This document shows, piece by piece, positions 1-12,954 of a stretch of DNA of 64,000 nt. Below the pieces are notes generated by a model. It made no database searches and was not told the origin of the DNA. It saw only the letters and a program-made list of their open reading frames with translations. The translations under genes and the position numbers were made by a program. The DNA is from Dendrobates tinctorius (Eukaryota): the NCBI RefSeq assembly GCF_039654945.1, contig NW_027361690.1:81964001-82028000 (forward strand), read 5' to 3'. Position 1 is the stretch's first letter; every line of letters begins with the position of its first letter.

Positions 1-142
1 GCTAGAATGGCCCAGCCAATCACCTGACCTGAATCCAATTGAAAATGTATGGAAGAAACTAAAACTCAGAGTTCATAGAAGAAGCTCCCAGAAACTTCAG
101 GATTTCAAGAGTGTTTGTGTGGAAGAATGGACCAAAATCAAA
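1..142 (+). mobile_element. Tc1 transposase C-terminal fragment
   Basis: Reads [47 protein letters not shown]. Confidence 0.85.
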
Positions 143-485
143 GCACTGCAGTATGCAGGCACTGGGAAACGTCGGAGAGCCCCGGCGCTTGTGCATTGCA
201 GTACTTTGCTTTTCCATCAACAGGGCAAAGAGGTATACATGCGCAGGAGCGCGATGTTGAGGAGACTTTTGTGGATGATCCAAGGAAGATGGGAGGCGCC
301 AGACCAAGAAGAGAGACACCCCTCGGACCAGACCGTTCCGCAGGTGAGTATAGTTAAAGTTATTTTTCTTCTCTTACAGGTTTGGTTGGGGGCTTATCTA
401 CAGCATTACATAATGCTGTACATCAGCCCTGAAAGGTGGTGGCCGTAACTCATATCGGCCAAACCTGGTGAAAAGTTCCCTTTAA
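143..485. mobile_element. Right half of a TTAA-flanked MITE (Kolobok/T2-like)
   Basis: Ends ggtgaaaagttcccttTAA; resembles the element starting ttaaagggaatctgtca at 25283. Confidence 0.6.
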
Positions 486-2295
486 CCTTACTATTAGTAA
501 TACTATTGTTTCATATAGCACTACGAGAGAGCTAGAAAGACTAGCAAAGGTGTTGTCAATTGCTGCTGCAAAGGCATCATAGATGTCACAAGGCAAGACA
601 GCTTAGACAAGCCCAGGAACACAGTGGCATTTAAAGAGTAACTGTCATTTTCATTTTTATTCTATAAATCATTAATCGACATGAAAATAAACAACGTTGC
701 AATTTATCTTAGCAGAGAAGTCTGCTTCTTATGGGTATTCCTATACTAATGATTGGGAATTCCGACCACCTCTGCACCGACAATAGCACTCACCAGGGCC
801 CTGTTCAGATGCGGGTCCCACAAGTATATCAGTGACCCTTTTATTTTGAGGATTAACGGAGAAATTGTTAGCGGGATTGTCACCAGTCAGTAAATTATGA
901 AATTTCTTAGCAATATACCATCACTTCGTATAGTGTAAACCGTTTAGATTGTTGTTGACATACTTGGTGTATTATACTCTGAATTATGTAACATGTTATG
1001 CTGCCAAATATCCTTTGGCTGCCCTGCTTTACCCATGTTACTATTTTCATTTTCTTCATAATGCAGGGTATTCATTGTTTTTTTTTTGTTTTTTTTTTTA
1101 AATGAAAACCAAAATGTCTGGCTTTGAAACAAACAAGGTCACAAATGAAAAGATGGCCTTGTGATTTATGGCTCAGTGGTCTATAAACAGTTCCAGCTGC
1201 CAGCTGAATATAAAAAAAATTAAGAAAATAAGCTTAAAATGTCAATTTCTAAATGTGAGTTTTATGTATATCGCTAAGAAGTACAGGAGGTAATGAGGTA
1301 ACAGCGCAGTGCTCAGGGACAGAGGTGGTCTCCCCTTAATACTAATTTAATAAGGAAGCTGGGCAAGAGAGAAGAACTGAGCACAATAAGAGAGAAAGGT
1401 GACCCCATCACTCCATAATAGTGTAAGTACACAAAGGAGAATTGGGAAATGGAGGTTAAATGTTACTGTAATCAAGGTGTATAAAGAGGGGCCTTCACAA
1501 GGATTCATGTCAATGACTAGTCAAAGCTTAACTGCAACTATTAACCCATTTCCCTCAGAGAACAACACTCATGAGGTCTATTGTGACTGTATATGGGGAT
1601 GTATTATAAATCTGATCACCTTTTACAGGCACCACCAGGAGATTACAGGTTAAAACAATGGCAGCAGGGGAGGAATATCTGGAATTAGGCACGACAATGT
1701 CGGCCCAGTTACTGTGGTTTTACAGCAAACAAGGTCAATACTCCGACCCAAATCAAGTCAGAAACATCTCGGCGAGTTGACGTAGTTCCTAATGTCTCCC
1801 ATATGTTTGTGTATTAACCGGTCTCACAGGGTGATTTACCCTTATGGATGCCAGATGTTACGTCAGTGACCATATTTTCCAATGTGAGGTACTGAAAATA
1901 TAAGGGAAGGCTACCAAGCACTTTATCTATACAGAGGAGAAGTAATCACTGTATACGTTAAGTATGAAAATGCAGATTAACAAGTTTAAGGGATAGTCAC
2001 AAGCTTGAAGGCTATCCCCTAACCATGACAAAGGGATAACTTTCTGATCCCAAATACATCGGCTCTGAAGAGGCCAGTATGAATTAGACAATGGTCGATC
2101 ATACACAACTCTTAATTTTTTTTCAAGGAAATTTTCTAAACCAATTTTTTTTTGGTACCTAGTCACTTTTGAAGTGATACCATTTTAAAAAATGCATCCC
2201 TCAAAGTATACAAAACTTATGAGGAAGCACGGTATATCAATTCTTCAGGTGCTTCATACAGATTAACACAGTGTTGTTTTCATAAGGGATAATAA

Positions 2296-2633
2296 GGCTA
2301 TGTGCACACGTTGCGGATTCTGCTGCGTTTCCGCAGCGGTTTTGGCCCTACGGAAACGCAGCAGTTCCGCTGACATGGTACACAGTACAATGAAAGCCTA
2401 TGGGTTTTCAAAAACGCTGTGCTCACGCTGAGGTTTTTTCCGTGCGGTTTACAAACCGCAGCATGTCAATTGTTTGCGCGGTTTCCGCAGCGGTTTCACA
2501 CCTTTAACATAGTAGAGGTGTGAAACCGCAGGGCAAAACCGCAGACCAAACCGCAGGTCACTTTACCTGCGGTTTTACCTGCGGTTCCACGCTGAAAAAC
2601 CCGCAGCGGAATAAGCAACGTGTGCACATAGCC
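2296..2633. mobile_element. Palindromic MITE, Harbinger-like
   Basis: TIR ggctatgtgcacacgttgc / gcaacgtgtgcacatagcc, flanked by TAA and TTA; internal ccgca/tgcgg repeats. Confidence 0.8.
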
Positions 2634-3227
2634 TTAGAGAAAATGAATCTCACACATAGTTACACGCTTCCTCTCGAATACGGTGATACCCCATAAGTGT
2701 GAAACTACTGTTTGGTTACATCGCTGAGCTCAGAAGAGAAGGAGGGCTATTTGATATTTGGAGGAAAAATTGGACTGGAGTCTGTGAGATGCCAAAACAG
2801 TAGAAATCCCGATTTATTTCCCCAGAGGGTGGAGCAAAAATTCTTCACAAGAATGCCACTAAAGTTTAAAATTAAACTTTCAAGTCCTCTTAACAAAATA
2901 CAAGGACAGTTGAAAAATTATGCCCTCGTAAAGTAAAGCAGACATATAGCAAATTTTATTTCTTAAATTTTCTCTTTGGAATACCTATCTGATTTATTAA
3001 AAAAAATTTAATTGTTAACTCTTTAAAAATGTCAGCAACATTCAGATATTTTCACAAATACTAAACATATGAACCTAAATTTACCACTAACATTAAGAAC
3101 AATATGTCATGAAAAGGATTTGTAGACTAACTGGGATATGTAGATATATTCCAGAGTTATTACCACAAGTTGACACCTGTCCGATTTGAAAAAACAGGCC
3201 TTGGTCACAAAGCCAAAATTGATGGAG

Positions 3228-4130
3228 TTAACCCCTTAACGACCAGGGGTATTATTGGTTTTGCATTTTCATTTTTTGCTCACCCTTATTCCCAGAGCTA
3301 TAACTTTTTTATTTCTTTGGTCAAAATGGCCACGTGAGGGCTCGTTTTTTGCGAGTTGTACTTTTGAACGAAACCATTGGTTTTATCATGTCGTGTAATA
3401 GAAAACAGGAAAAAAATTCCAAGTGCAGTGAAATTGCAAAAAAAAGTACAATCCCACACTTGTTTTTTGTTTGGCTTTTTTTTTTTAATAGGTTCAATAA
3501 ATGCTAAAACTGACCTGCCATTATGATTCTCCAGGTCATTACGAGTTTATAGACACCAAACATGGTTCTTTTTTTATCTAAGTGGTGAAAAAAAATTCCA
3601 AAGTTTGAAAAAAAAAAATATTGCCATTTTCTGAGACCTGTAGCATCTCCAGTTTTCAGGATCTGGGGCTGGGTGAGGGCTTATTTTTTGCGGGCCGAGC
3701 GGACGTTGTTATTAATATTATTTTTGTACAGATAAGGTCTTTTGATCGACCTTTATTGCATTTTATTGCAATGATGCAGCGACCGAAAAACTTAATTCTG
3801 GCGTTTCGATTTTTTTTCTTGCTATGCCATTTACTGACTGGATTAATTCTTTTTATATATTGATAGATCGGGCGATTCTGAAGGCAGCAATACCAAATAT
3901 GAGTATATTTGATTTTTTTTATTGTTTTATTTTGAATGGGGTGAAAGGGGGCGATTTGAACTTTTATTTTTTTAATATTTTTAAAGACTTAACTTTTTAC
4001 TTCCTTCAATAGTCTCCATGGGAGACTAGAAGCTGCTCTTGTCCGATCGCCTCGGCTACATAGAGCCAGGCCTCAGCCCTGCTCTATGTAGCAAATATGC
4101 TCACTTGCTATGAGCGCCTGCCACTAGGCA
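3228..4130. mobile_element. Partial non-autonomous piggyBac-like element
   Basis: Starts TTAA-cccctt-aacgacc, same terminus type as at 15915; no right end found. Confidence 0.5.
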
Positions 4131-4274
4131 GCATTACTGGGACCGGAAGATGCCGGGAGCATGGTGAGAGGAGAGAAAGAGTCTGGGGGCCGTCGGGAGG
4201 TGAGTATATCACTATATTTTATTTTAACAGAGACTCTAGAATACTCGATGCGATAGAATCGGGCCACCATCTAT

Positions 4275-4305
<31 letters not shown>

Positions 4306-6132
4306 TAGGTCCATATATATTTGGACAGAGACAACATTTTTCTAATTTTGGTTCTAGACATTACCACAATGAATTTTAAACAATACAATTCAGATGCAGT
4401 TGAAGTTCAGACTTTCAGCTTTCATTTGAGGGTATCCACATTAAAATTGGATGAAGGGTTTAGGAGTTTCAGCTCCTTAACATGTGCCACCCTGTTTTTA
4501 AAGGGACCAAAAGTAATTGGACAATTGACTCCAAGACTATTTCATGGACAGGTGTGGTTAATCCCTTCGTTATGTCATTCTCCATTATAAGTTTATGCTT
4601 AGAACATACAACACTGCCCTTCACCTCTCCAAACAAACCTATTTCAACACACACATCACCTCACTGTCCAATAACCTGAACCGTCTCTTTGACACTTTCC
4701 ATTCTCTACGCAACCCAACAGTACAGGCCCCAACCACGGAGCTCCGAGCTGACGATATGGCCAATTACTTCAAAGAAAAAATTGACCAGATTCGACAGGA
4801 AATTATCTCCCAATCACCTCATACCATGCACCGTCCTCCCTCCCCCTCTGCATCTAGCTCACTCTCTGATTTTGAACCCAGTCACAGAAGAAGTAAGCAG
4901 GCTCCTTGCATCTTCTCGCCCAACCACTTGCACCAGTGACCCATTTCCGTCACATCTTCTCCAGTCCCTTTCCCTGCTGTCACCCCTCACCTAACTAAAA
5001 TATTTAACCTCTCTCTTCTGGTATCTTTCCCTCCTCATTTAAGCATGCCATCATACATCCACTACTTTAAAAACCATCCCTCGTCCAAAACTGTGCCGCT
5101 AACTATAGACCTGTTTCTAATCTTCCCTTCATCTCTAAACTCCTGGAACGCCTGGTCCACTCCCGTCTTATCCGCTATCTCTTTGATAACTCTCTTCTCG
5201 ACCCTCTCCAATCCGGTTTCCGCTCTTTACACTCTACTGAAACTGCCGTCACTAAAGTCTCTAATGATCTACTAACAGCTAAATCAAATGGTCATTACTC
5301 CATGCTAATTATCTTGGATCTCTCTGCAGCATTCGACACTGTGGATCATCAGCTCCTCCTCACTATGCTCCGTTCCATTGGCCTCAAGGACACCGTTCTC
5401 TCCTGGTTCTCCTCCTATCTCTCTGACTGCTCCTTTACTGTATCTTTTGCTGGTTCCTGCTCCTCTCACCTTCCCCTTGGGGGTTGGGGTTCCTCAAGGA
5501 CCGGTTCTAGGCCCCCTCCTCTTCTCCTTGTACACTGCCCCTATTGGTCAAACAATCAGTAGATTTAGTCTCCAGTACCATCTCTATGCTGATGACACCC
5601 AATTATACGCTTCTTCTCCTGACATCACGCCAGCCTTTCTAGAAAACACCGGCGATTGTCTAAACGCTGTGTCTAAAATCATGTCCTCACCAGCGTCGGA
5701 CTGGCCCACCGGAGAACCGGAGGATTCTCCGGTGGGCCCTGGCACCTGCTGGCATACAGGGCCAGCAGTTGCCTAGGGCCCCCGCTGTTCCAGAGCAGCA
5801 GCGGGTGTCAGGAGGCAGGAGCCCCTGTCCCCGCTGCTAAAGAGAAATGAATATTCACTGCGATGCAGTGAATATCATTTCAGGTCTCCACACCCCCAGA
5901 GGCCCCGCCCCCAGCCCAGTAAGCTGATCTGCAGACTATAGCTGTAAATCAGGGCCGGCGCCGCCCTCAGTCCTCTCTGCTCCTGGCTCACAGCCAGTGC
6001 GCGATGACGTCACTACATCGCGCACCCACTGTGTGTCTGGCAGAGGGGGCAGCTCCTGACACTGAAGCCGGCTGCCGGAATCAGCGTGGGAGCGAGGAGG
6101 AGAGGTGAGTATTGTGGTTTGTTTTTTTTTTT

Positions 6133-8315
6133 ATATCTCTCTCGCTCTCTCTATCTGTCTCTCTCTATCTATCTATATATCTCTCTTATATCTATCTTTC
6201 TATCTCTATTATCTATATCTATCTCTATATCTATCTCTATTATCTATATCTATCTATTTCTATATCTATCTCTATCTATCGCTCTATCTTTCTATCTATC
6301 TTTCTATCTCTACATCTATCTCTATATCTATCTATCTCTATATCTTTCTATATATATCTCTATATCTATCTATTATGTCTATCTATCTATCTCTATATCT
6401 ATCTATCTTACTCTATCTATCTCTATATCTATTATCTCTATATTTATTATCTATCTAGCTACCATCTATATCTATCTTTATATATATATCTCTAATATCT
6501 ATATCTATCTATCTATCTCTATACCTATCTATCTATTTATCTATCCGTTATCTATCTCTATATCTTTTCTCTGTATCTATCTATCTCTATATCTATATCT
6601 CTCGCTATCTATCGCTCTATCTCTATATCTATCTCTATATCTATCTTTATATCTATATATCTATCTCTAACTATCTCTATATCTATATCTATTTCTCTCT
6701 ATATCTATCTCTATATCTCTCTCTATAGCTATCTATATATCTCTATCTATCTCTATATCTATCTCTCTGTATATCTATCTATCGCTCTATCTCTATATCT
6801 ATATATCTATCTATCTTTCTTTCTCTATCTATTTATCTCTATCTTTTCTCTGTATCTATCTCTCTCTATATACAGTATATCTATTATCTCTATATCTATA
6901 TCTATTTCTCTCTATATCTCTCTCTATATCTATTTATCTCTATCTCTATATCTATCTATCTTTCTATCTCTATATCTATCTCTATATCTATCTTTCTCTA
7001 TCTATTTATCTCTATTATCTATATCTATCTCTATCTATCGCTCTATCTCTATATCTATCTTTCTATCTATCTCTATATCTATCTATATCTATCTATTATG
7101 TCTATCTATCTAGCTATCTCTATTATCTATATCTACCTATCTCTATATCTTTCTATCTTACTCTATCTCTATATCTATCTGTTATCTCTATATTTATTAT
7201 CTATCTTTATCTATCTATCTCTCTCTATCTATTATCTATATCTATCTCTCTATCCATTTATCGATCTCTGTATCTATCTCTCTCTATCTCTATATCTATA
7301 TCTATCTATCTCTATATCTATCTACCTATCTATCTCTATATCTATCTCTATATCTATATCTGTTTCTCTCTATAACTATCTCTATATATCTCTCTCTATA
7401 GCTATCTATATATTAACCCTATATCTATCTATCTATATATTATCTCTATATCTATCTATCTCTATATCTGTCTGTTATCTCTATATCCATATCTATCTCT
7501 ATATCCATATCTATCTCTATATCTATCTCTATATCTTTCTATCTAACACTATATCTCCATATCTATCTCTATATCTCATTATCTATCTATCTCTATCTCT
7601 TTATCTATCTATCGATCTATCCATCTATCTCTATATCTATCTCTATATCTATCTATTATATCTATATCTATCTATCCATCTATCTAGCTATCTCTATCTA
7701 TCTCTATATCTCTCTCTATATCTATCTATCTTTCTAACTCTATATCTATCTATATCTATCTATCTCTATACATATCTCTATATCTATCTATTATCTCTAT
7801 ATCTATCTCTATATCTATCTTTCTATATCTATCTGTCTCTAAATCTATCTATCTCTATATCTATTATCTCTATATCTATCTATCTCTATATATATATCTC
7901 TATATCTATTTTTATTTATAGCCATCTATCTATATATATTTATCTCTATATCTATCTATATATGTCTATATTATTATTATTATTATTATTATTATATCTG
8001 TATATCTCTATCTATTATCCATCTCTATCTATATATCTATCTATNNNNNNNNNNNNNNNNNNNNNNNNNNNNNNNNNNNNNNNNNNNNNNNNNNNNNNNN
8101 NNNNNNNNNNNNNNNNNNNNNNNNNNNNNNNNNNNNNNNNNNNNNNNNNNNNNNNNNNNNNNNNNNNNNNNNNNNNNNNNNNNNNNNTGAATCTTTCTAT
8201 CTATATCTATCCATTATCTACTTTCTATCCATTATCTACTATCTATCTCTATATCTATCTATTTCTACATCTATCTTTCTATATCTATCTAACTCTATAT
8301 CTATATATCTATATA
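6133..8315. repeat. Degenerate (TCTA/TCTATA)n simple repeat
   Basis: Directly visible; contains the assembly gap. Confidence 0.95.
8045..8187. other. Assembly gap (143 N)
   Basis: Run of n. Confidence 0.99.
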
Positions 8316-8900
8316 GCATTATACCCTATGAGGGGGTGCATTATTCCCTATGAGGGGGGCAGTATTATACCCTATGAGGGGGCAGCATTATACCCTATGA
8401 GGAGGCAGCATTATACCCTATGAGGAGGGCAGCATTATACCCTATGAGGGGGGCAGTATTATACCCTATGAGGGGGGCAGTATTATACCCTATGAGGGGG
8501 GCAGTATTATACCCTATGAGGGGGGCAGTATTATACCCTATGAGGGGGCAGCATTATTCCCTATGAGGGGGGCAGTATTATACCCTATGAGGGGGGCAGT
8601 ATTATACCCTATGAGGGGGCAGCATTATACCCTATGAGGGGGTGCATTATTCCCTATGAGGGGGGCAGTATTATACCCTATGAGGGGGGCAGTATTATAC
8701 CCTATGAGGGGGGCAGTATTATACCCTATGAGGGGGGCAGTATTATACCCTATGAGGGGGTGCATTATTCCCTATGAGGGGGGCAGTATTATACCCTATG
8801 AGGGGGGCAGTATTATATTCTATGAGATGGCTGCATTGTATTCTATGAGATGGCTGCATTATACTATGTGAGGGGGCTGCTTTATATTCTATGAGGGGGC
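8316..8900. repeat. 23-24 bp minisatellite (ggcagtattataccctatgagggg)n
   Basis: More than 20 tandem copies, decaying at the right end. Confidence 0.95.
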
Positions 8901-9766
8901 TACCCCAACTCCTGCTACATAATTAAGACATGTACAACCTTATATTATACCCGGATATTAGCGTGTTTTACCGCATAATTGGTGGTCTGGTATTTAACTC
9001 TATGCAGCTACATAGTGGGCCCCAAGAATGATTTTCTCTGGTGGGCCCAAGGTGTTCCAGTCCGACGCTGGTCCTCACTATATCTGAAACTGAACCTGTC
9101 AAAGACTGAACTCCTTGTGTTTCAGCCCTCTACTAATGTACCTATACCCAATATTGCCATTTCTGTGTGTGGTTCCACTATTACTCCCCAGCAACATGCC
9201 CGCTGTCTTGGGGTCATACTTGACTCCGAGCTTTCCATTGCCCCCCACATCCGATCACTGGCTCACTCTTGTCATCTGCACCTCAAAAACATTTCATACC
9301 CGCGCCCTCCGTTCTGCTGATGACCTGAGGTTAGCATCCTCAATAATCAGAACCTCCCACTCCCGTCTCCAAGACTTTACACGTGCTGCGCCAATTCTTT
9401 GGAATGCACTTCCCAGGTCAATACGATTAGTCCCCAATCCCCACAATTTTAAGTGTGCCCTGAAAACGCATTTATTCAGACTGGCCTATCGCCTCAACAC
9501 AATAACCTAATCTATCCCTGTGTGGCACAGCCAAAAGTTTCACCATAACCAGGTTCCTCGCATCATGTTCCCACATGCTTTATGCATCCATTAGCCCTCT
9601 GTGTCTGTACTGTTACACACTTAACATTATGGCTGGTCCATACAATCAGGGCAACTGTTACCACCCACCTTTCATGTCTACCTCTTTCCTCATAGACTGT
9701 AAGCTTGCGAGCAGGGCCCTCATTCCTCTTGGTATTTGTTATAATCTATGTGATTATTGTTATGCT

Positions 9767-10184
9767 ATTGCAGAGAAAAGGAGAAACAAAAGCGCAATAG
9801 GGTCTTATCTATGTTACAGAGAGAGATTACACTAAGAAATTTGCTCACCTGATTAGGGTAAGAGAAAGCATATAGTCTGGCGGCTGCTGCAGATCCACAG
9901 GTCCTCAACGACCAGAAGAAATCACGTATTCAGGGGAATTTGTAGTTATATTCCGCGCTGCCGCAAGAAAGTATTCCAGGAGATCAATGTTAAAGATTCA
10001 CAGTGGTTTATTCTACGCGTTTTGGGGGTCTCATGCCCCCTTCATCAGGAAATACCACCTGATGAAGGGGGCATGAGACCCCCGAAACGCGTAGAATAAA
10101 CCACTGTGAATCTTTAACATTGATCTCCTGGAATACTTTCTTGCGGCAGCGCGGAATATAACTACAAATTCCCCTGAATACGTG
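9767..10184. mobile_element. Penelope-like element pseudo-LTR fragment with an inverted duplication
   Basis: 11-bp TSD attgttatgct (9756-9766, 10185-10195); about 130-bp inverted arms (9920-10049, 10058-10187); hammerhead motif followed by AATAAA. Confidence 0.8.
10058..10098 (+). ncRNA. Minimal type I hammerhead ribozyme motif
   Basis: CUGAUGA-a-GGGGG-caugaga-CCCCC-GAAA-CGCGUA: conserved core, 5-bp stem II, palindromic stem III (ACGCGU). Confidence 0.75.
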
Positions 10185-11674
10185 ATTGTTATGCTGTAAT
10201 GTCTATTGTCTGTACAAATCCCCTCTGAAATGTAAAGTGCTGCGGAATATGTTGGCGCTATAGAAATAAAATTTATAATTATTATTCTCAATTAAGCAGA
10301 TAAAAGGCCTGGAATTGATTTGAGGTGTGGTGCTTGCATGTGGAAGGTTTTGCTGTTAAGGAAACAACCGGTCAAAGGAGCTCTCCATGCAGGTGAAACA
10401 AGCCATCCTTAAGCTGCAAAAACAGAAAAAAACCATCTGAGAAATTGCTACAACATTAGGAGTAGCAAAATCTACAGTTTGGTACATCCTGAGAAAGAAA
10501 GAAAGCACTGGTGAACTCATCAATGCAAAAAGACCTGGGCGCCCACGGAAGACAACAGTGGTGGATGATCGCAGAATAATCTCCATGGTGAAGAGAAACC
10601 CCTTCACAAAAGCCAACCAAGTGAACAACACTCTCCAGGAGGTAGGCGTATCAATATCCAAATCTACCATAAAGAGAAGACTGCATGAAAGTAAATACAG
10701 AGGGTTCACTGCACGGTGCAAGCCACTCATAAGTATCAAGAATAAAAAGGCTAGACTGGACTTTGCTGAAAAACATCTAAAAAAGCCAGCACAGTTCTGG
10801 AAGAACATTCTTTGGACAGATCAAACCAAGATCAACCTCTACCAGAATGATGGAAAGAGAAAAGTATGGCGAAGGCGTGGTACAGCTCATGATCCAAAGC
10901 ATACCACATCATCTGTAAAACACGGCAGAGGCAGTGTGATGGCTTGGGCATGCATGGCTGCCAGTGGCACTGGGTCACTAGTGTTTATTGATGATGTGAC
11001 ACAGGACAGAAGCAGCAGAATGAATTCTGAGGTATTCAGAGCCATACTGTGTGCTCAGATCCAGCCAAATGCGGCCAAACTGATGGGTTGTCGTTTCATA
11101 CTACAGATGGAAAATGACCCAAAACATAAAGCCACAGCAACCCAGGAGTTTATTAAAGCAAAGAAGTGGAATATTCTTGAATGGCCAAGTCAGTCACCTG
11201 ATCTCAACCCAATTGAGGATGCAATTCACTTGTTAAAGACTAAACTTCAGACAGAAAGGCCCACAAACAAATAGCAACTGAAAACCACCGCAGTGAAGGC
11301 CTGGCAGAGCATCAAAAAAGAGGAAACACAGTGTCTGGTGATGTCCATGAGTTCAAGACTTCAGGCAGTCATTGCCAACAAAGGGTTTAAAACCAAGTAC
11401 TACAAATGAACATTTTATTTACAACTATTTAATCTGTCCAATTACTTTTGGTCCCTTTAAAAACAGGGTGGCACATGTTAAGGAGCTGAAACTCCTAAAC
11501 CCTTCATCCAATTTTAATGTGGATACCCTCAAATGAAAGCTGAAAGTCTGAACTTCAACTGCATCTGAATTGTTCTGTTTAAAATTCAATGTGGTAATGT
11601 CTAGAACCAAAATTAGAAAAATGTTGTCTCTGTCCAAATATGTATGGACCCATCTGTGTATATATATATATATA

Positions 11675-12895
11675 CACTCACTGGCCACTTTATTAGGTAC
11701 ACCATGCTAGTAAGGGGTTGGACCCCCTTTTGCCTTCAGAACTGCCTCAATTCTTCGTGGCAGAGATTCAACAAGGTGCTGGAAGCATTCCTCAGAGATT
11801 TTGGACCATATTGACATGATGGCATCACACAGTTGGCGCAGATTTGTCGGCTGCACATCCCTGATGTGAATCTCCCGTTCCACCACATCCCAAAGATGCT
11901 CTATTGGATTGAGATCTGGTGACTGAGGAGGCCATTTGAGTACAGTAAACTCATTGTCATGTTCAAGAAACCAATCTGAGATGATTCGAGCTTTATGACA
12001 TGGCGCATTATCCTGCTGAAAGTAGCCATCAGATGTTGGGTACATTGTGGTCATAAAGGGATGGACATGGTCAGCAACAATACTCAGGTAGGCTGTGGCG
12101 TTGCAACGATGCTCAATTGGTACCAAGGGGCCCAAAGAGTGCCCAGAAAAAATTCCCCACACCATGACACCACCACCACCAGCCTGAACCGTTGATACAA
12201 GGCAGGATGGATCCATGCTTTCATGTTGTTTACGCCAAATTCTGACCCTACCATCCGAATGTCGCAGCAGAAATCGAGACTCATCAGACCAGGCAACGTT
12301 TTTCCAATCTTCTACTGTCCAATTTCGATGAGCTTGTGCAAATTGTAGCCTCAGTTTCCTGTTCTTAGCTGAGAGGAGTGGTACCCAGTGTGGTCTTCTG
12401 CTGCTGTAGCCCATCTGCCTCAAAGTTCGACGCACTGTGCGTTCAGAGATGCTCTTCTGCCTACCTTGGTTGTAACGGGTGGCAATTTGAGTCACTGTTG
12501 CCTTTCTATCAGCTCGAACCAGTCTGCCCATTCTCCTCTGACCTCTGGCATCAACATGGCATTTCCGGCCACAGAACTGCCGCTCACTGGATTTTTTTTC
12601 TTTTTCGGACCATTCTCTGTAAACCCTAGAGATGGTTGTGCGTGAAAATCCCAGTAGATCAGCAGTTTCTGAAATTCTCAGACCAGCCCTTCTGGCACCA
12701 ACAATCATGCCACGTTCAAAGGCACTCAAATCACCTTTCTTCCCCATACTGATGCTCGGTTTGAACTGCAGGAGATTGTCTTGACCATGTCTACATGCCT
12801 AAATGCACTGAGTTGCCGCCATGTGATTGGCTGATTAGAAATTAAGTCTTAACACACAGTTGGACAGGTGTACCTAATAAAGTGGCCAGTGAGTG
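11675..12895 (-). mobile_element. Intact DD36E (Incomer-type) Tc1 transposon, copy 1
   Basis: 1221 bp, perfect 29-bp TIR cactcactggccactttattaggtacacc, TA flanks. Confidence 0.95.
11707..12747 (-). CDS. DD36E transposase, 346 aa
   Basis: Uninterrupted ORF with HTH region, WSDE, QQD-36 aa-E (SPDLNPIE). Confidence 0.93.
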   Translation of the reverse strand: MGKKGDLSAFERGMIVGARRAGLRISETADLLGFSRTTISRVYREWSEKEKKSSERQFCGRKCHVDARGQRRMGRLVRADRKATVTQIATRYNQGRQKSISERTVRRTLRQMGYSSRRPHWVPLLSAKNRKLRLQFAQAHRNWTVEDWKNVAWSDESRFLLRHSDGRVRIWRKQHESMDPSCLVSTVQAGGGGVMVWGIFSGHSLGPLVPIEHRCNATAYLSIVADHVHPFMTTMYPTSDGYFQQDNAPCHKARIISDWFLEHDNEFTVLKWPPQSPDLNPIEHLWDVVEREIHIRDVQPTNLRQLCDAIMSIWSKISEECFQHLVESLPRRIEAVLKAKGGPTPY

Positions 12896-12920
12896 TATAT
12901 ATATATATATATATATAAAA

Positions 12921-12951
<31 letters not shown>

Positions 12952-12954
12952 CAC

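Larger units (their letters stand above)
5691..9070. mobile_element. Non-autonomous hAT-type DNA transposon carrying satellites
   Basis: TIR cagcgtcggactgg / ccagtccgacgctg; exact 8-bp TSD gtcctcac at 5683-5690 and 9071-9078; L2 sequence resumes across it. Confidence 0.92.
4583..10283 (+). mobile_element. 5'-truncated, decayed L2-clade LINE inserted in the Tc1
   Basis: RT motifs [12 protein letters not shown], GVPQGxVLGP, YADDTQ; L2-type 3' end ggcgctatagaaataaa(att)n; probable TSD attctc at 4577-4582 and 10284-10289. Confidence 0.9.
4300..11656 (+). mobile_element. Tc1 transposon with long TIRs (about 220 bp), interrupted by an L2 LINE
   Basis: 4300-4523 is the reverse complement of 11434-11656; the transposase remnant at about 10360-11400 has stops and a damaged DDE triad (TDQ, MEN). 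Confidence 0.92.

Noticed and set aside
6086-8871. Long ORFs (194, 441 and 71 aa) rich in Y/L/S/I or MRGAVLYP repeats
   Set aside because: Artefacts of stop-poor simple repeats; one runs through the N gap
8316-8900. CRISPR-like regular repeats (also 62550-64000)
   Set aside because: Head-to-tail units with no unique spacers, no cas genes, eukaryotic context
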